NCBI GenBank assembly: GCA_950097015.1
Contig: CATNEN010000003.1
Span: 2,046,001 to 2,110,000, forward strand
Source: Macrostomum hystrix
Taxonomy: Eukaryota > Animalia > Platyhelminthes
Length of the DNA stretch: 64,000 bases
Direction: 5' to 3'
The position numbers and the translations under genes are program-made. The notes under the pieces are model-generated. The model had not been told where the DNA came from, did no database searches, and saw only the letters and a program-made list of their open reading frames with translations. Positions 36,763 through 47,794 of the stretch are shown here, in pieces (within the stretch, counting starts at the first letter, position 1; each line of letters opens with the position of its first letter).

Positions 36763-37420
36763 GGGAGAGAGTGATGAGAGTGAGGGATAGTGATGAGAGT
36801 GATAATAGTGAGGGAGTGTGAGGGAGAGTGAGGGAGAGTGAGGGAGAGTGGGGGAGAGTGGGGGAGAGTGAGGGAGAGTGATGAGAGTGAGGGAGAGTGA
36901 TGAGAGTGAGGGAGAGTGATGAGAGTGAGGGATAGTGATGAGAGTGATAATAGTGAGGGAGTGTGAGGGAGAGTGAGGGAGAGTGAGGGAGAGTGGGGGA
37001 GAGTGGGGGAGAGTGAGGGAGAGTGATGAGAGTGAGGGAGAGTGATGAGAGTGAGGGAGAGTGATGAGAGTGAGGGATAGTGATGAGAGTGATAATAGTG
37101 AGGGAGTGTGAGGGAGAGTGAGGGAGAGTGAGGGAGAGTGGGGGAGAGTGGGGGAGAGTGAGGGAGAGTGATGAGAGTGAGGGAGAGTGAGGGAGAGTGA
37201 TGAGAGTGAGGGAGAGTGAGGGAGAGTGATGAGAGTGAGGGAGAGTGAGGGAGAGTGATGAGAGTGAGGGAGAGTGAGGGAGAGTGATGAGAGTGAGGGA
37301 GAGTAATGAGGGTGAGGGAGAGTGAGGGAGAGTGAGGGCGAGAGTGATGAGAGTGAGGGAGAGTGATGAGAGTGAGGGAGAGTGAGAGGGAGAGAGAGAG
37401 CGGGAGAGAGGAGAGAGGAC
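36763..37420. repeat. Purine-rich 9-10-bp repeat (GAGTGAGGGA/GAGTGATGA)n
   Basis: Directly visible, with higher-order block duplications. Confidence 0.93.
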
Positions 37421-37505
37421 ACTGCCCATTGAATTTCAAAAATCTAATGTTGGAATCGATTCCGATATGTATCGAAAAAATTGAAATCAGGATTCGAACC
37501 AAGGC

Positions 37506-37550
37506 AACTCCAGACGCGTTTCGCTCTTATTGGAGCTCATCGGTAGAGTC
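37506..37550 (-). ncRNA. Minimal type I hammerhead ribozyme motif (Penelope/retrozyme-like), core variant U4C
   Basis: Minus strand reads GACTCTA-CCGATGA-GCTC-CAATAA-GAGC-GAA-ACGCGT-C-TGGAGTT: stem I, stem II, palindromic stem III and a GUC cleavage triplet. Confidence 0.7.
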
Positions 37551-37665
37551 TAGCCTAGCGCTCTAGCCATTAGGCTGTAGACGCTTGTTCAAATCCAGCT
37601 TTCAATCTTAACATATCGTAATCGATTCGGCAGTGCCCCGCAACTCAATCCATACTCACTCAACT

Positions 37666-38876
37666 GAGTGAGTGAGGGAGAGTGAGAGTGAATAGAGTTA
37701 GAGGGAGAGTGAGTGAGGGAGAGTGAGAGAGAATAGAGTTAGAGGGAGAGTGAGTGAGGGAGAGTGAGAGTGAATAGAGTTAGAGGGAGAGTGAGTGAGG
37801 GAGAGTGAGAGTGAATAGAGTTAGATGGAGAGTGAGTGAGGGAGAGTGAGAGAGAATAGAGTTAGAGGGAGAGTGAGTGAGGGAGAGTGAGAGTGAATAG
37901 AGTTAGAGGGAGAGTAAGTGAGGGAGAGTGAGAGTGAATAGAGTTAGATGGAGAGTGAGTGAGGGAGAGTGAGAGAGAATAGAGTTAGAGGGAGAGTGAG
38001 TGAGGGAGAGTGAGAGAGAATAGAGTTAGAGGGAGAGTGAGTGAGAGAGAGTGAGAGAGAATAGAGTTAGAGGGAGAGTGAGTGAGAGAGAGTGAGAGAG
38101 AATAGAGTTAGAGGGAGAGTGAGTGAGGGAGAGTGAGAGAGAATAGAGTTAGAGGGAGAGTGAGTGAGGGAGAGTGAGAGAGAATAGAGTTAGAGGGAGA
38201 GTGAGTGAGGGAGAGTGAGAGAGAATAGAGTTAGAGGGAGAGTGAGTGAGGGAGAGTGAGAGAGAATAGAGTTAGAGGGAGAGTGAGTGAGAGAGAGTGA
38301 GAGAGAATAGAGTTAGAGGGAGAGTGAGTGAGGGAGAGTGAGAGAGAATAGAGTTAGAGGGAGAGTGAGTGAGGGAGAGTGAGAGAGAATAGAGTTAGAG
38401 GGAGAGTGAGTGAGGGAGAGTGAGAGAGAATAGAGTTAGAGGGAGAGTGAGTGAGGGAGAGTGAGAGAGAATAGAGTTAGAGGGAGAGTGAGTGAGAGAG
38501 AGTGAGAGAGAATAGAGTTAGAGGGAGAGTGAGTGAGAGAGAGTGAGAGAGAATAGAGTTAGAGGGAGAGTGAGTGAGAGAGAGTGAGAGAGAATAGAGT
38601 TAGAGGGAGAGTGAGTGAGAGAGAGTGAGAGAGAATAGAGTTAGAGGGAGAGTGAGTGAGGGAGAGTGAGAGAGAATAGAGTTAGAGGGAGAGTGAGTAA
38701 GGGAGAGTGAGAGAGAATAGAGTTAGAGGGAGAGTGAGTGAGGGAGAGTGAGAGAGAATAGAGTTAGAGGGAGAGTGAGTAAGGGAGAGTGAGTGAGAGA
38801 GAGTGAGAGAGAATAGAGTTAGAGGGAGAGTGAGTAAGGGAGAGTGAGAGAGAATAGAGTTAGAGGGAGAGTGAGC
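37666..38876. repeat. 41-bp purine-rich minisatellite, about 29 copies
   Basis: Unit AATAGAGTTAGAGGGAGAGTGAGTGAGGGAGAGTGAGAGAG. Confidence 0.95.
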
Positions 38877-39383
38877 GGGTGAATGAAAGTCATTATGAAA
38901 ACTGGATCCATTAAATTCCAATTTTGTTTGTCCTGTTTCTTAGAAACTTTGCTTGACAATAATCGCACATTGAGATTGTGTTTTAGCTTTTATCAATTCG
39001 TGACAATGCGGATATTTTTGGTCAACATGTCAATCTAAAATTCGAAGTTTTTTTGTGTGCTACCGGATAATCTGTTGCGGCAGGCTACGTGTTTCAGAGC
39101 CAGGTCATAAGTTGAAGTGTATATTCTATAATGAAACCCCTTTGACATTTATTTCGATAAGCTAAGTATGTCGCCGCAGTAAGTTGTCAGTCAAATATTT
39201 TCAACCCCGTTCCGTTCCAATGTCGATTGTCATTCGTCAGCGGCATGGTAATCTCCCCTTCAATCACTTGGAGCTAAGAGAAGGTCCACGGTCATGAATA
39301 AAAAATAACTGCCCCGCTAAAGCCGCTGACGGGATAAAACAGCAAAAGTGAAGTACACTTTAAAGAGATAAAAAACACAAGCA

Positions 39384-39403
39384 ATGCACTGTCTAAGAAA
39401 GAA
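39384..39403 (+). CDS. Candidate alternative first coding exon of glutaminase (MHCLRK-K)
   Basis: ATG CAC TGT CTA AGA AAG AA|GTAAGT; phase 2 fits the acceptor at 50033/50034. Confidence 0.35.
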
Positions 39404-39596
39404 GTAAGTTCCTTTAACAAATGGATTGATCGACTGATTTTTCATTAAATTGTAAACAAATAATAAATCTGCGTGTTAGAAAGTTTTAGCCAATGCAAGA
39501 CTATTTTAGGCAAGAATGATTGACAGCTGTACGATTCTTAGGCTGTTATTCTAGCTGTACAAAACAAGCTACCAATGCTGTCAAAGATTACAGTCA

Positions 39597-40580
39597 GGTT
39601 AGACAGGGCCTCAAACTGTTAGACAGGGACTAAATCTGTTAGACAGGGCCTCAATCTGTTAGACAGGGCCTCAACCTGTTAGACAAAGCCTCAACCTGTT
39701 ATACAGGGCCTCAACATGTTAGACAAAGTCTCAAACTGTTAGACAGGGCCTCAACCTGTTAGACAGGGCCTCAAATTGTTAGACAGGGCCTCAACCTGTT
39801 AGACAGAGGTTCAAACTGTTAGACAGAGGCTCAAACTGTTAGACAAAGCCTCAACCTGTTAGACAGGGCCTCAACCTGTTAGACAAAGCCTCAACCTGTT
39901 ATACAGGGCCTCAACATGTTAGACAAAGTCTCAAACTGTTAGACAGGGCCTCAACCTGTTAGACAGGGCCTCAACCTGTTAGACAGGGCCTCAACCTGTT
40001 AGACAGGGCCTCAAATTGTTAGACAGGGCTTCAACCTGTTAGACAGGGCCTCAACCTGTTCGACAGGGCCTCGACCTGTTAGACAGGGCCTCGACCTGTT
40101 AGACAGAGGCTCAAACTGTTAGACAGAGGCTCAAACTGTTAGACAGAGCCTCAATCTGTTAGACAGAGCCTTAATCTATTAGACAGGGCCTCAACCTGTT
40201 AGACAGGGCCTCAAATTGTTAGACAGGGCTTCAACCTGTTAGACAGGGCCTCAACCTGTTCGACAGGGCCTCAACCTGTTAGACAGAGGCTCAAACTGTT
40301 AGACAGAGCCTCAATCTGTTAGACAGAGCCTTAATCTATTAGACAGGGCCTCAACCTGTTAGACAGGGCCTCAAATTGTTAGACAGGGCTTCAACCTGTT
40401 AGACAGGGCCTCAACCTGTTCGACAGGGCCTCAACCTGTTAGACAGAGGCTCAAACTGTTAGACAGAGCCTCAATCTGTTAGACAGAGCCTTAATCTATT
40501 AGACAGGGCCTCAACCTGTTAGACAGGGCCTCAAATTGTTAGACAGAGGCTCAACCTGTTAGACAGGGCCTCAACCTATT
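39597..40580. repeat. 20-bp minisatellite (TGTTAGACAGGGCCTCAACC), about 49 copies
   Basis: Exact 20-bp periodicity. Confidence 0.97.
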
Positions 40581-41148
40581 TGACATACCTGTTCGAGAGG
40601 GTCTCACAAACCATCTGTCCACAGCGAGACTGTCCATCAAGAGAATGCTTTCGCAAGAGCAGATCGTCTGTTTGATCACAGAGACAGATGATGAGGTGTC
40701 CCAACAGCTGCTGGCTGCAAAACGTAACAATAATTCTTTAATTTTCTTGTTTGCCATTCGGGCGAGCATTGTGGATTGGACTGGACCTTTCTGGCTCTGT
40801 CACTGGGCAGGTCATATGGAACAATAGGCTACTTACATGTTTACACACTGATTGAATACAGTTCTGACAGCTTTTGTTTAAGCAGGGGTGATAAACACTA
40901 CCCTGTCTCTTTTTCTGTTCTCTCTCTTCTGTGAGCTCAAGACTAGTGGGAGCTCACCTCCCCCCTACGCTTAGAAGCACACACCCCTTTTTCTACGCTA
41001 AGTAGCTACCAACTAGAAAAAGACCATGAGGTCGTAGATTCTCGGTATATTTAAATACACAACATTGTTTGTAAAAATATAGAAACGATTTCTTTTCGCC
41101 GAATTCGAGTGAATCAATTTTTATAACCTGTCAATCAATTAGCGCACA

Positions 41149-41168
41149 ATGACACAGCCGAGACGAAG
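41149..41168 (+). CDS. Candidate alternative first coding exon of glutaminase (MTQPRR-R)
   Basis: ATG ACA CAG CCG AGA CGA AG|GTAAAA; phase 2; TATA-like TATATTTAAA at about 41046. Confidence 0.35.
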
Positions 41169-41224
41169 GTAAAATTTCTTGGGTTAAATTTTCATCTTTT
41201 AAAATGAGTCTATCCACTTTTTCC

Positions 41225-41970
41225 TCTCACCATCCATCGACAACTCTCACACCCTCCATCGGCAACTCTCACACCCTCCATCGATAACTCTCACACCCTC
41301 CATCGATAACTCTCGCTCTCCATCGACAACTCTCTCACCCTCCATCGACAACTCTCACACCATCCATCGACAACTCTCACACCATCCATCGACAACTCTC
41401 ACACCCTCTATCGACAACTCTCTCACACCCTCCATCGACAACTCTCACACCCTCCATCGACAACTCTCACACCATCCATCGACAACTCTCACACCCTCCA
41501 TCGACAACTCTCACACCCTCCATCGACAACTCTCACACCATCCATCGACAACTCTCACACCCTCTATCGATAACTCTCGCTCTCCATCGACAACTCTCAC
41601 ACCCTCCATCGATAACTCTCACACCCTCCATCGATAACTCTCACACCCTCTATCGATAACTCTCGCTCTCCATCGACAACTCTCTCACCCTCCATCGACA
41701 ACTCTCACACCATCCATCGACAACTCTCACACCCTCCATCGACAACTCTCTCACCCTCCATCGACAACTCTCACTCTCCATCGACAAATCTCACAATCGA
41801 TTGACAACTCTCACACCCTCCATTGACAACTCTCACACCCTCCATTGACAACTCTCACACTCCATCGACAAATCTCACAATCGATTGACAACTCTCACAC
41901 CCTCCATTGACAACTCTCACACCCTCCATTGACAACTCTCACACCCTCCATTGACAACTCTCACACCCTT
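41225..41970. repeat. 22-bp minisatellite (CCATCGACAACTCTCACACCCT), array 1
   Basis: Tandem periodicity; same family as 46200-47100. Confidence 0.95.
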
Positions 41971-42939
41971 TCAACCCTGAAGTTTCTCTAATCATACGGA
42001 CACTCAACCACAGAATTTTTCTGCAGAAGATGACAAACCAAATCATTTTTTCATCAAACAAAAACTTTTGCTTCTCTGGAATCTTATACTTATATCACAA
42101 TTCAAAATAACCTGGCCCTCTTTTGCCTAACAGAACATCTACTGTAAAAACAAGAAAATGTCAAACTAAATAAATCAAAGCAGACATACCGCAACTTTCT
42201 GCCCTGAATGCAAAAATTAAATAACTTTCTTTTCAAGCATTTGCCATCAAGGGACTGTGAAGGGTAAGCTTTGGCATTTTCGATTCTTAAAAATTAAGAT
42301 TGAATCTCGCCAGTGCCCAATCTGAAATCTAGAAGTTTGAATAAGTTTTTTCCGTGTAGCTTGATTTCAAACAGAAGCAGTTGTGCCTTTTAGATCACTG
42401 CTTCAATTTTTCTGCTGTCACTAGACAATGGACGCATAGGATACTTCCTGATTTCCTAGTTTCAGAAGTTTCAGTAGTTTAAGCCTGAAGTGTCAATGGG
42501 TTCCTCCTGAAGTGTTCCTGAATTTTTTTAATTAACAAAAAAACGCGCATTGCTTTTTGTAGGAAAAATCAAGAAATAAGAGAACACACACACAAGAATA
42601 ATTTTGTAGCAAATACTAACTCACTCCAAGTACAAAATATTACTTCTCTCACTCAATAAACTAAGCTGAGTGTACAGTTGAACTCGATTTTTTCTATGCT
42701 GAAAAAACGCATATATTTCAGACTTGAAATAAAAACTTTTGCTTTGAATGAATGCAGCCCTTACCTAGAACTCATATTTAACTTAAAATAGTCGTATATT
42801 TCATTGCTACCGATTCATTTATTTCGTTTTCGACTTTTATAGATAGTAAAATAAGCAAAACTGATTTTTTAGTCCATTGAATTTACGAGTACATTTTCCC
42901 TTCAATGCAGCAGCAAAAAATATTTCTCTTTCAACTACT

Positions 42940-45310
42940 TCTCTCCTCTCCTCTCCTCTCCTCTGCTCTCCTCTCCTCTGCTCTCCTCTCCTCTCCTCTC
43001 CTCTCCTCTCCTCTCCTCTCCTCTCCTCTCCTCTCCTCTCCTCTCCTCTCCTCTCCTCTCCTCTCCTCTCCTCTCCTCTCCTCTCCTCTCCTCTCCTCTC
43101 CTCTCCTCTCCTCTCCTCTCCTCTCGTCTCCTCTCCTCTGCTCTCCTCTCCTCTCCTCTCCTCTCCTCTCCTCTCCTCTCCTCTGCTCTCCTCTCCTCTC
43201 CTCTCCTCTCCTACCCTCTCCTCTCCTCTCCTCTCCTCTCCTCTCCTCTCCTCTCCTCTCCTCTCCTCTCCTCTCCTCTGCTCTCCTCTCCTCTCCTCTC
43301 CTCTCCTCTCCTCTGCTCTCCTCTCCTCTGCTCTCCTCTCCTCTCCTCTCCTCTCCTCTCCTCTCCTCTGCTCTCCTCTCCTCTCCTCTCCTCTCCTCTC
43401 CTCTCCTCTCCTCTCCTCTCCTCTCCTCTCCTCTCCTCTCCTCTCCTCTCCTCTCCTCTCCTCTCCTCTCCTCTCCTCTCCTCTGCTCTTCTCTCCTCTC
43501 CTCTGCTCTCCTCTCCTCTCCTCTCCTCTCCTCTCCTCTCCTCTCCTCTCCTCTCCTCTCCTCTCCTCTCCTCTCCTCTCCTCTCCTCTCCTCTATTCTC
43601 CTCTCCTCTGTTCTTCTCTCCTCTCCACTCCTCCTCTCTCTCCTCTCCTCTCCTCTCCTCTGCTCTTCTCTCCTCTCCACTCCTCCTCTCTCTCCTCTCC
43701 TCTCCTCTCCTCTCCTCTGCTCTCCTCTCCTCTATTCTCCTCTCCTCTGTTCTTCTCTCCTCTCCACTCCTCCTCTCTCTCCTCTCCTCTCCTCTCCTCT
43801 TCTCTCCTCTCCTCTCCTCTCCTCTCCACTCCTCCTCTCTCTCCTCTCCTCTCCTCTCCTCTCCTCTGCTCTCCTCTCCTCTATTCTCCTCTCCTCTGTT
43901 CTTCTCTCCTCTCCACTCCTCCTCTCTCTCCTCTCCTCTCCTCTCCTCTTCTCTCCTCTCCTCTCCTCTCCTCTCCACTCCTCCTCTCTCTCCTCTCCTC
44001 TCCTCTCCTCTCCTCTGCTCTCCTCTCCTCTATTCTCCTCTCCTCTGTTCTTCTCTCCTCTCCACTCCTCCTCTCTCTCCTCTCCTCTCCTCTCCTCTTC
44101 TCTCCTCTCCTCTCCTCTCCTCTCCTCTCCTCTCCTCTCCTCTCCTCTCCTCTGCTCTCCTCTCCTCTCCTCTGCTCTCCTCTCCTCTCCTCTCCTCTCC
44201 TCTCCTCTGCTCTCCTCTCCTCTCCTCTCCTCTCCTCTCCTCTCCTCTCCTCTCCTCTCCTCTCCTCTCCTCTCCTCTCCTCTCCTCTCCTCTCCTCTCC
44301 TCTCCTCTCCTCTCCTCTCCACTCCTCCTCTCTCTCCTCTCCTCTCCTCTCCTCTCCTCTGCTCTCCTCTCCTCTATTCTCCTCTCCTCTGTTCTTCTCT
44401 CCTCTCCACTCCTCCTCTCTCTCCTCTCCTCTCCTCTCCTCTTCTCTCCTCTCCTCTCCTCTCCTCTCCTCTCCTCTCCTCTCCTCTCCTCTCCTCTGCT
44501 CTCCTCTCCTCTCCTCTGCTCTCCTCTCCTCTCCTCTCCTCTCCTCTCCTCTCCTCTCCTCTGCTCTCCTCTCCTCTCCTCTCCTCTCCTCTCCTCTCCT
44601 CTCCTCTCCTCTCCTCTCCTCTCCTCTCCTCTCCTCTCCTCTCCTCTCCTCTCCTCTCCTCTCCTCTCCTCTCCTCTCCTCTCCTCTGCTCTTCTCTCCT
44701 CTCCTCTGCTCTCCTCTCCTCTCCTCTGCTCTCCTCTCCTCTCCTCTCCTCTGCTCTTCTCTCCTCTCCACTCCTCCTCTCTCTCCTCTCCTCTCCTCTC
44801 CTCTCCTCTGCTCTCCTCTCCTCTATTCTCCTCTCCTCTGTTCTTCTCTCCTCTCCACTCCTCCTCTCTCTCCTCTCCTCTCCTCTCCTCTTCTCTCCTC
44901 TCCTCTCCTCTCCTCTCCACTCCTCCTCTCTCTCCTCTCCTCTCCTCTCCTCTCCTCTGCTCTCCTCTCCTCTATTCTCCTCTCCTCTGTTCTTCTCTCC
45001 TCTCCACTCCTCCTCTCTCTCCTCTCCTCTCCTCTCCTCTTCTCTCCTCTCCTCTCCTCTCCTCTCCTCTCCTCTCCTCTCCTCTCCTCTCCTCTCCTCT
45101 CCTCTCCTCTGCTCTTCTCTCCTCTCCTCTGCTCTCCTCTCCTCTCCTCTCCTTTCCACTCCTCCTCTCTCTCCTCTCCTCTTCTCTCCTCTCCTCTCCT
45201 CTCCTTTCCACTCCTCCTCTCTCTCCTCTCCTCTCTTCTCCTCTCCTCTGCTCTTCTCTCCTCTCCACTCCTCCTCTCTCTCCTCTCCTTTCCTTTCCTC
45301 TCCTCTCCCT
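42940..45310. repeat. (CCTCT)n pentanucleotide array, about 2.4 kb, with about 149-bp higher-order units
   Basis: Directly visible; source of all the SSPLL/EERRG ORFs. Confidence 0.97.
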
Positions 45311-46199
45311 TCATCTCCTCTCCTGTCCCCACCTATTTTATCCTTTTCTTTTCTCTTTCCTCTTCTTCTTTTGGCGCAGAAAATATTAGCACACATTGTA
45401 GAGTCCATAGTTCTCTGTTTCCTTTATTGCTAACAATCTCTTACATCACTTTAAGAGCTTTTTTTGCTACCTAATCGTTGGTAGTAATTGATCCAGATTA
45501 ATAACTACCGTTAAGTGTTAATAAATAATTTTTTACGGCTTGTTATACTGTTCGTGCTCTATACTGTACTGTGCTCTATACTGTACTGTGCTCTATACTG
45601 TACTCTATACAGTGCTCTAACTGCATATTCGTAGTAAGCACTGGGTACCTCATCTCTGAATTCCCTAGCTTTCATACTGTCACTGGGAAGAAACCTGATT
45701 TCATTCATTAAGATCCCAGCATAGATTATAGTATTCGGGATTTTCTGTTTAAAAAGATCAGTGATAAACTGTGAGGCTAAATATGCAGATCCTTGATGAG
45801 TTTGATCTTCTTCTGTGAAAACGTATTATTGAATAAATCAAATCGTTAACGGAATTTACGGATATCAGGTGCTAAATTTCACTAAACTGAATTCTATCTA
45901 GATTAATAAATATAGTTCTTGATAATCCAAATTGAATCCCGGCTTTTTTATTCTAACTCTTGGTAATCCAGACACTAATCCAAACACTGATTGAAAAAAT
46001 CCCACTTTTGCTGATCCTGATGAGAATTTAGAAATTCTAAAACTCATTCTTAATGATCCCAACCTGAATACCGAAATCCCATTCTTGATGATTCTAACCA
46101 GAATACCGGAATCCCATTCTTGATGATCCCAACCAGAATCCGTTTTTTAATCCAATTCTTTTACAACCAGACTCTTAGGTTTTTTAATCCCAAGAGTCA

Positions 46200-47100
46200 C
46201 ACTTTCACACCCTCAATTAACAAATCTCACACCTTTCCATCGACAACTCTCACACCCACCATCGACAACTCTCACACCATCCATCGACAACTCTCACTCC
46301 CTCCATCGACAACTCTCACACCCTCCATCGACAACTCTCTCACCATCCACCGACAACTCTCTCACCCTCCATCGACAACTCTCACACCCTCCATCGACAA
46401 CTCTCACACCCTCCATCGACAACTCTCTCACCATCCATCGACAACTCTCTCACCCTCCATCGACAACTCTCACACCCTCCATCGACAACTCTCACACCCT
46501 CCATCGACAACTCTCTCACCCTCTATCGACAACTCTCTCACACCCTCCATCGACAACTCTCACACTCTCCATCGACAAATCCAACTCTCACACCCTCCAT
46601 CGACAACTCTCTCACCATCCATTGACAACTCTCTCACCCTCCATCGACAACTCTCACACCCTCCATCGACAACTCTCTCACCCTCAACCGACAACTCTCA
46701 CATCCTCCATCGACAACTCTCACACCCTCCATCGACAACTCTCTCACCCTCCATCGACAACTCTCTCACCCTCAACCGACAACTCTCACATCCTCCATCG
46801 ACAACTCTCACACCCTCCATCGACAACTCTCTCACCCTCCATCGACAACTCTCACACCCTCCATCGACAACTCTCTCACCCTCCATCGACAACTCTCTCA
46901 CCCTCAACCGACAACTCTCACATCCTCCATCGACAACTCTCACACCCTCCATCGACAACTCTCACACCCTCCATCGACAACTCTCTCACTCTCCATCGAC
47001 AAATCACACACTCGATTGACAACTCTCACACCCTCCATCGACAACTCTCACACCCTCCATCGACAACTCTCACACCCTCCATCGACAACTCTCACACCCT
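46200..47100. repeat. 22-bp minisatellite (CCATCGACAACTCTCACACCCT), array 2
   Basis: Same unit and orientation as 41225-41970. Confidence 0.95.
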
Positions 47101-47625
47101 TCCAAACCTGGAGTTTATTTCAACCCTTTTTAATCTCATTGTTTTACAACCAGACTCTTGGTTTTTAAATCCCATTATTGGTAGTCCTGACCAGACTCCT
47201 ACTTTAAAAAATCTTAATTACTTGGTAATCTTCGAATGATTACCATAAATTGCTACAACTTTTCTGGCTCTTAACTGGCTTTTAGTTTGACTTTGGACTT
47301 TTATAAGCTACAACTGGCAGTTAGGAAAATGTTTTGAGTGTACTATGTACTCACTTTCTCATCTATTGGGATGAGATCCCAATGAGATTGGGATTGGGAT
47401 CATATCCCGCCGGTGACAAAAAACCATCAGCTCAAAGTGGAGCCTTGGGGATTTAGACTGCAACTGGGGTATGAGGTTAAGGATTTAGGCCCAACCCAGC
47501 CACTCCCCTAAATTCCCCCACAACAAACCAAGTCTTTGCTGGCTGGCAATGGAAATCAAGGAAAATCGTGAGGGAGAGACAGAAAGAGAGAACAGTGAAG
47601 GAGAGACTGAACATTGGACTGTGGT

Positions 47626-47730
47626 CCAATGGGGACTGGTCGGTTTTGCGGCCGGGGGGCGGGTGCATTCCCCTTTACAATGCGCGCACACGAGAGTATA
47701 AATATGCTGCATATAGGAAATAAGTCAGTT
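47626..47730 (+). promoter_or_regulatory. Glutaminase core promoter (CCAAT, GC box, TATA, Inr)
   Basis: CCAAT 47626, GGGGGCGGG about 47655, TATAAATA 47697-47704, and TCAGTT initiator with its A at 47727, 30 nt after the TATA start. Confidence 0.7.
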
Positions 47731-47794
47731 CGTCAGTTGTTTATTTCAGCTACAAAATTCATATATTTAATTTGTTATTTATTTGGTCTGGGAA

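Noticed and set aside
29597-47239. Very long ORFs (693, 528, 515, 865, 842, 299 aa and others)
   Set aside because: They are translations of simple repeats lacking stop codons, open in several frames and on both strands, with no domain content.
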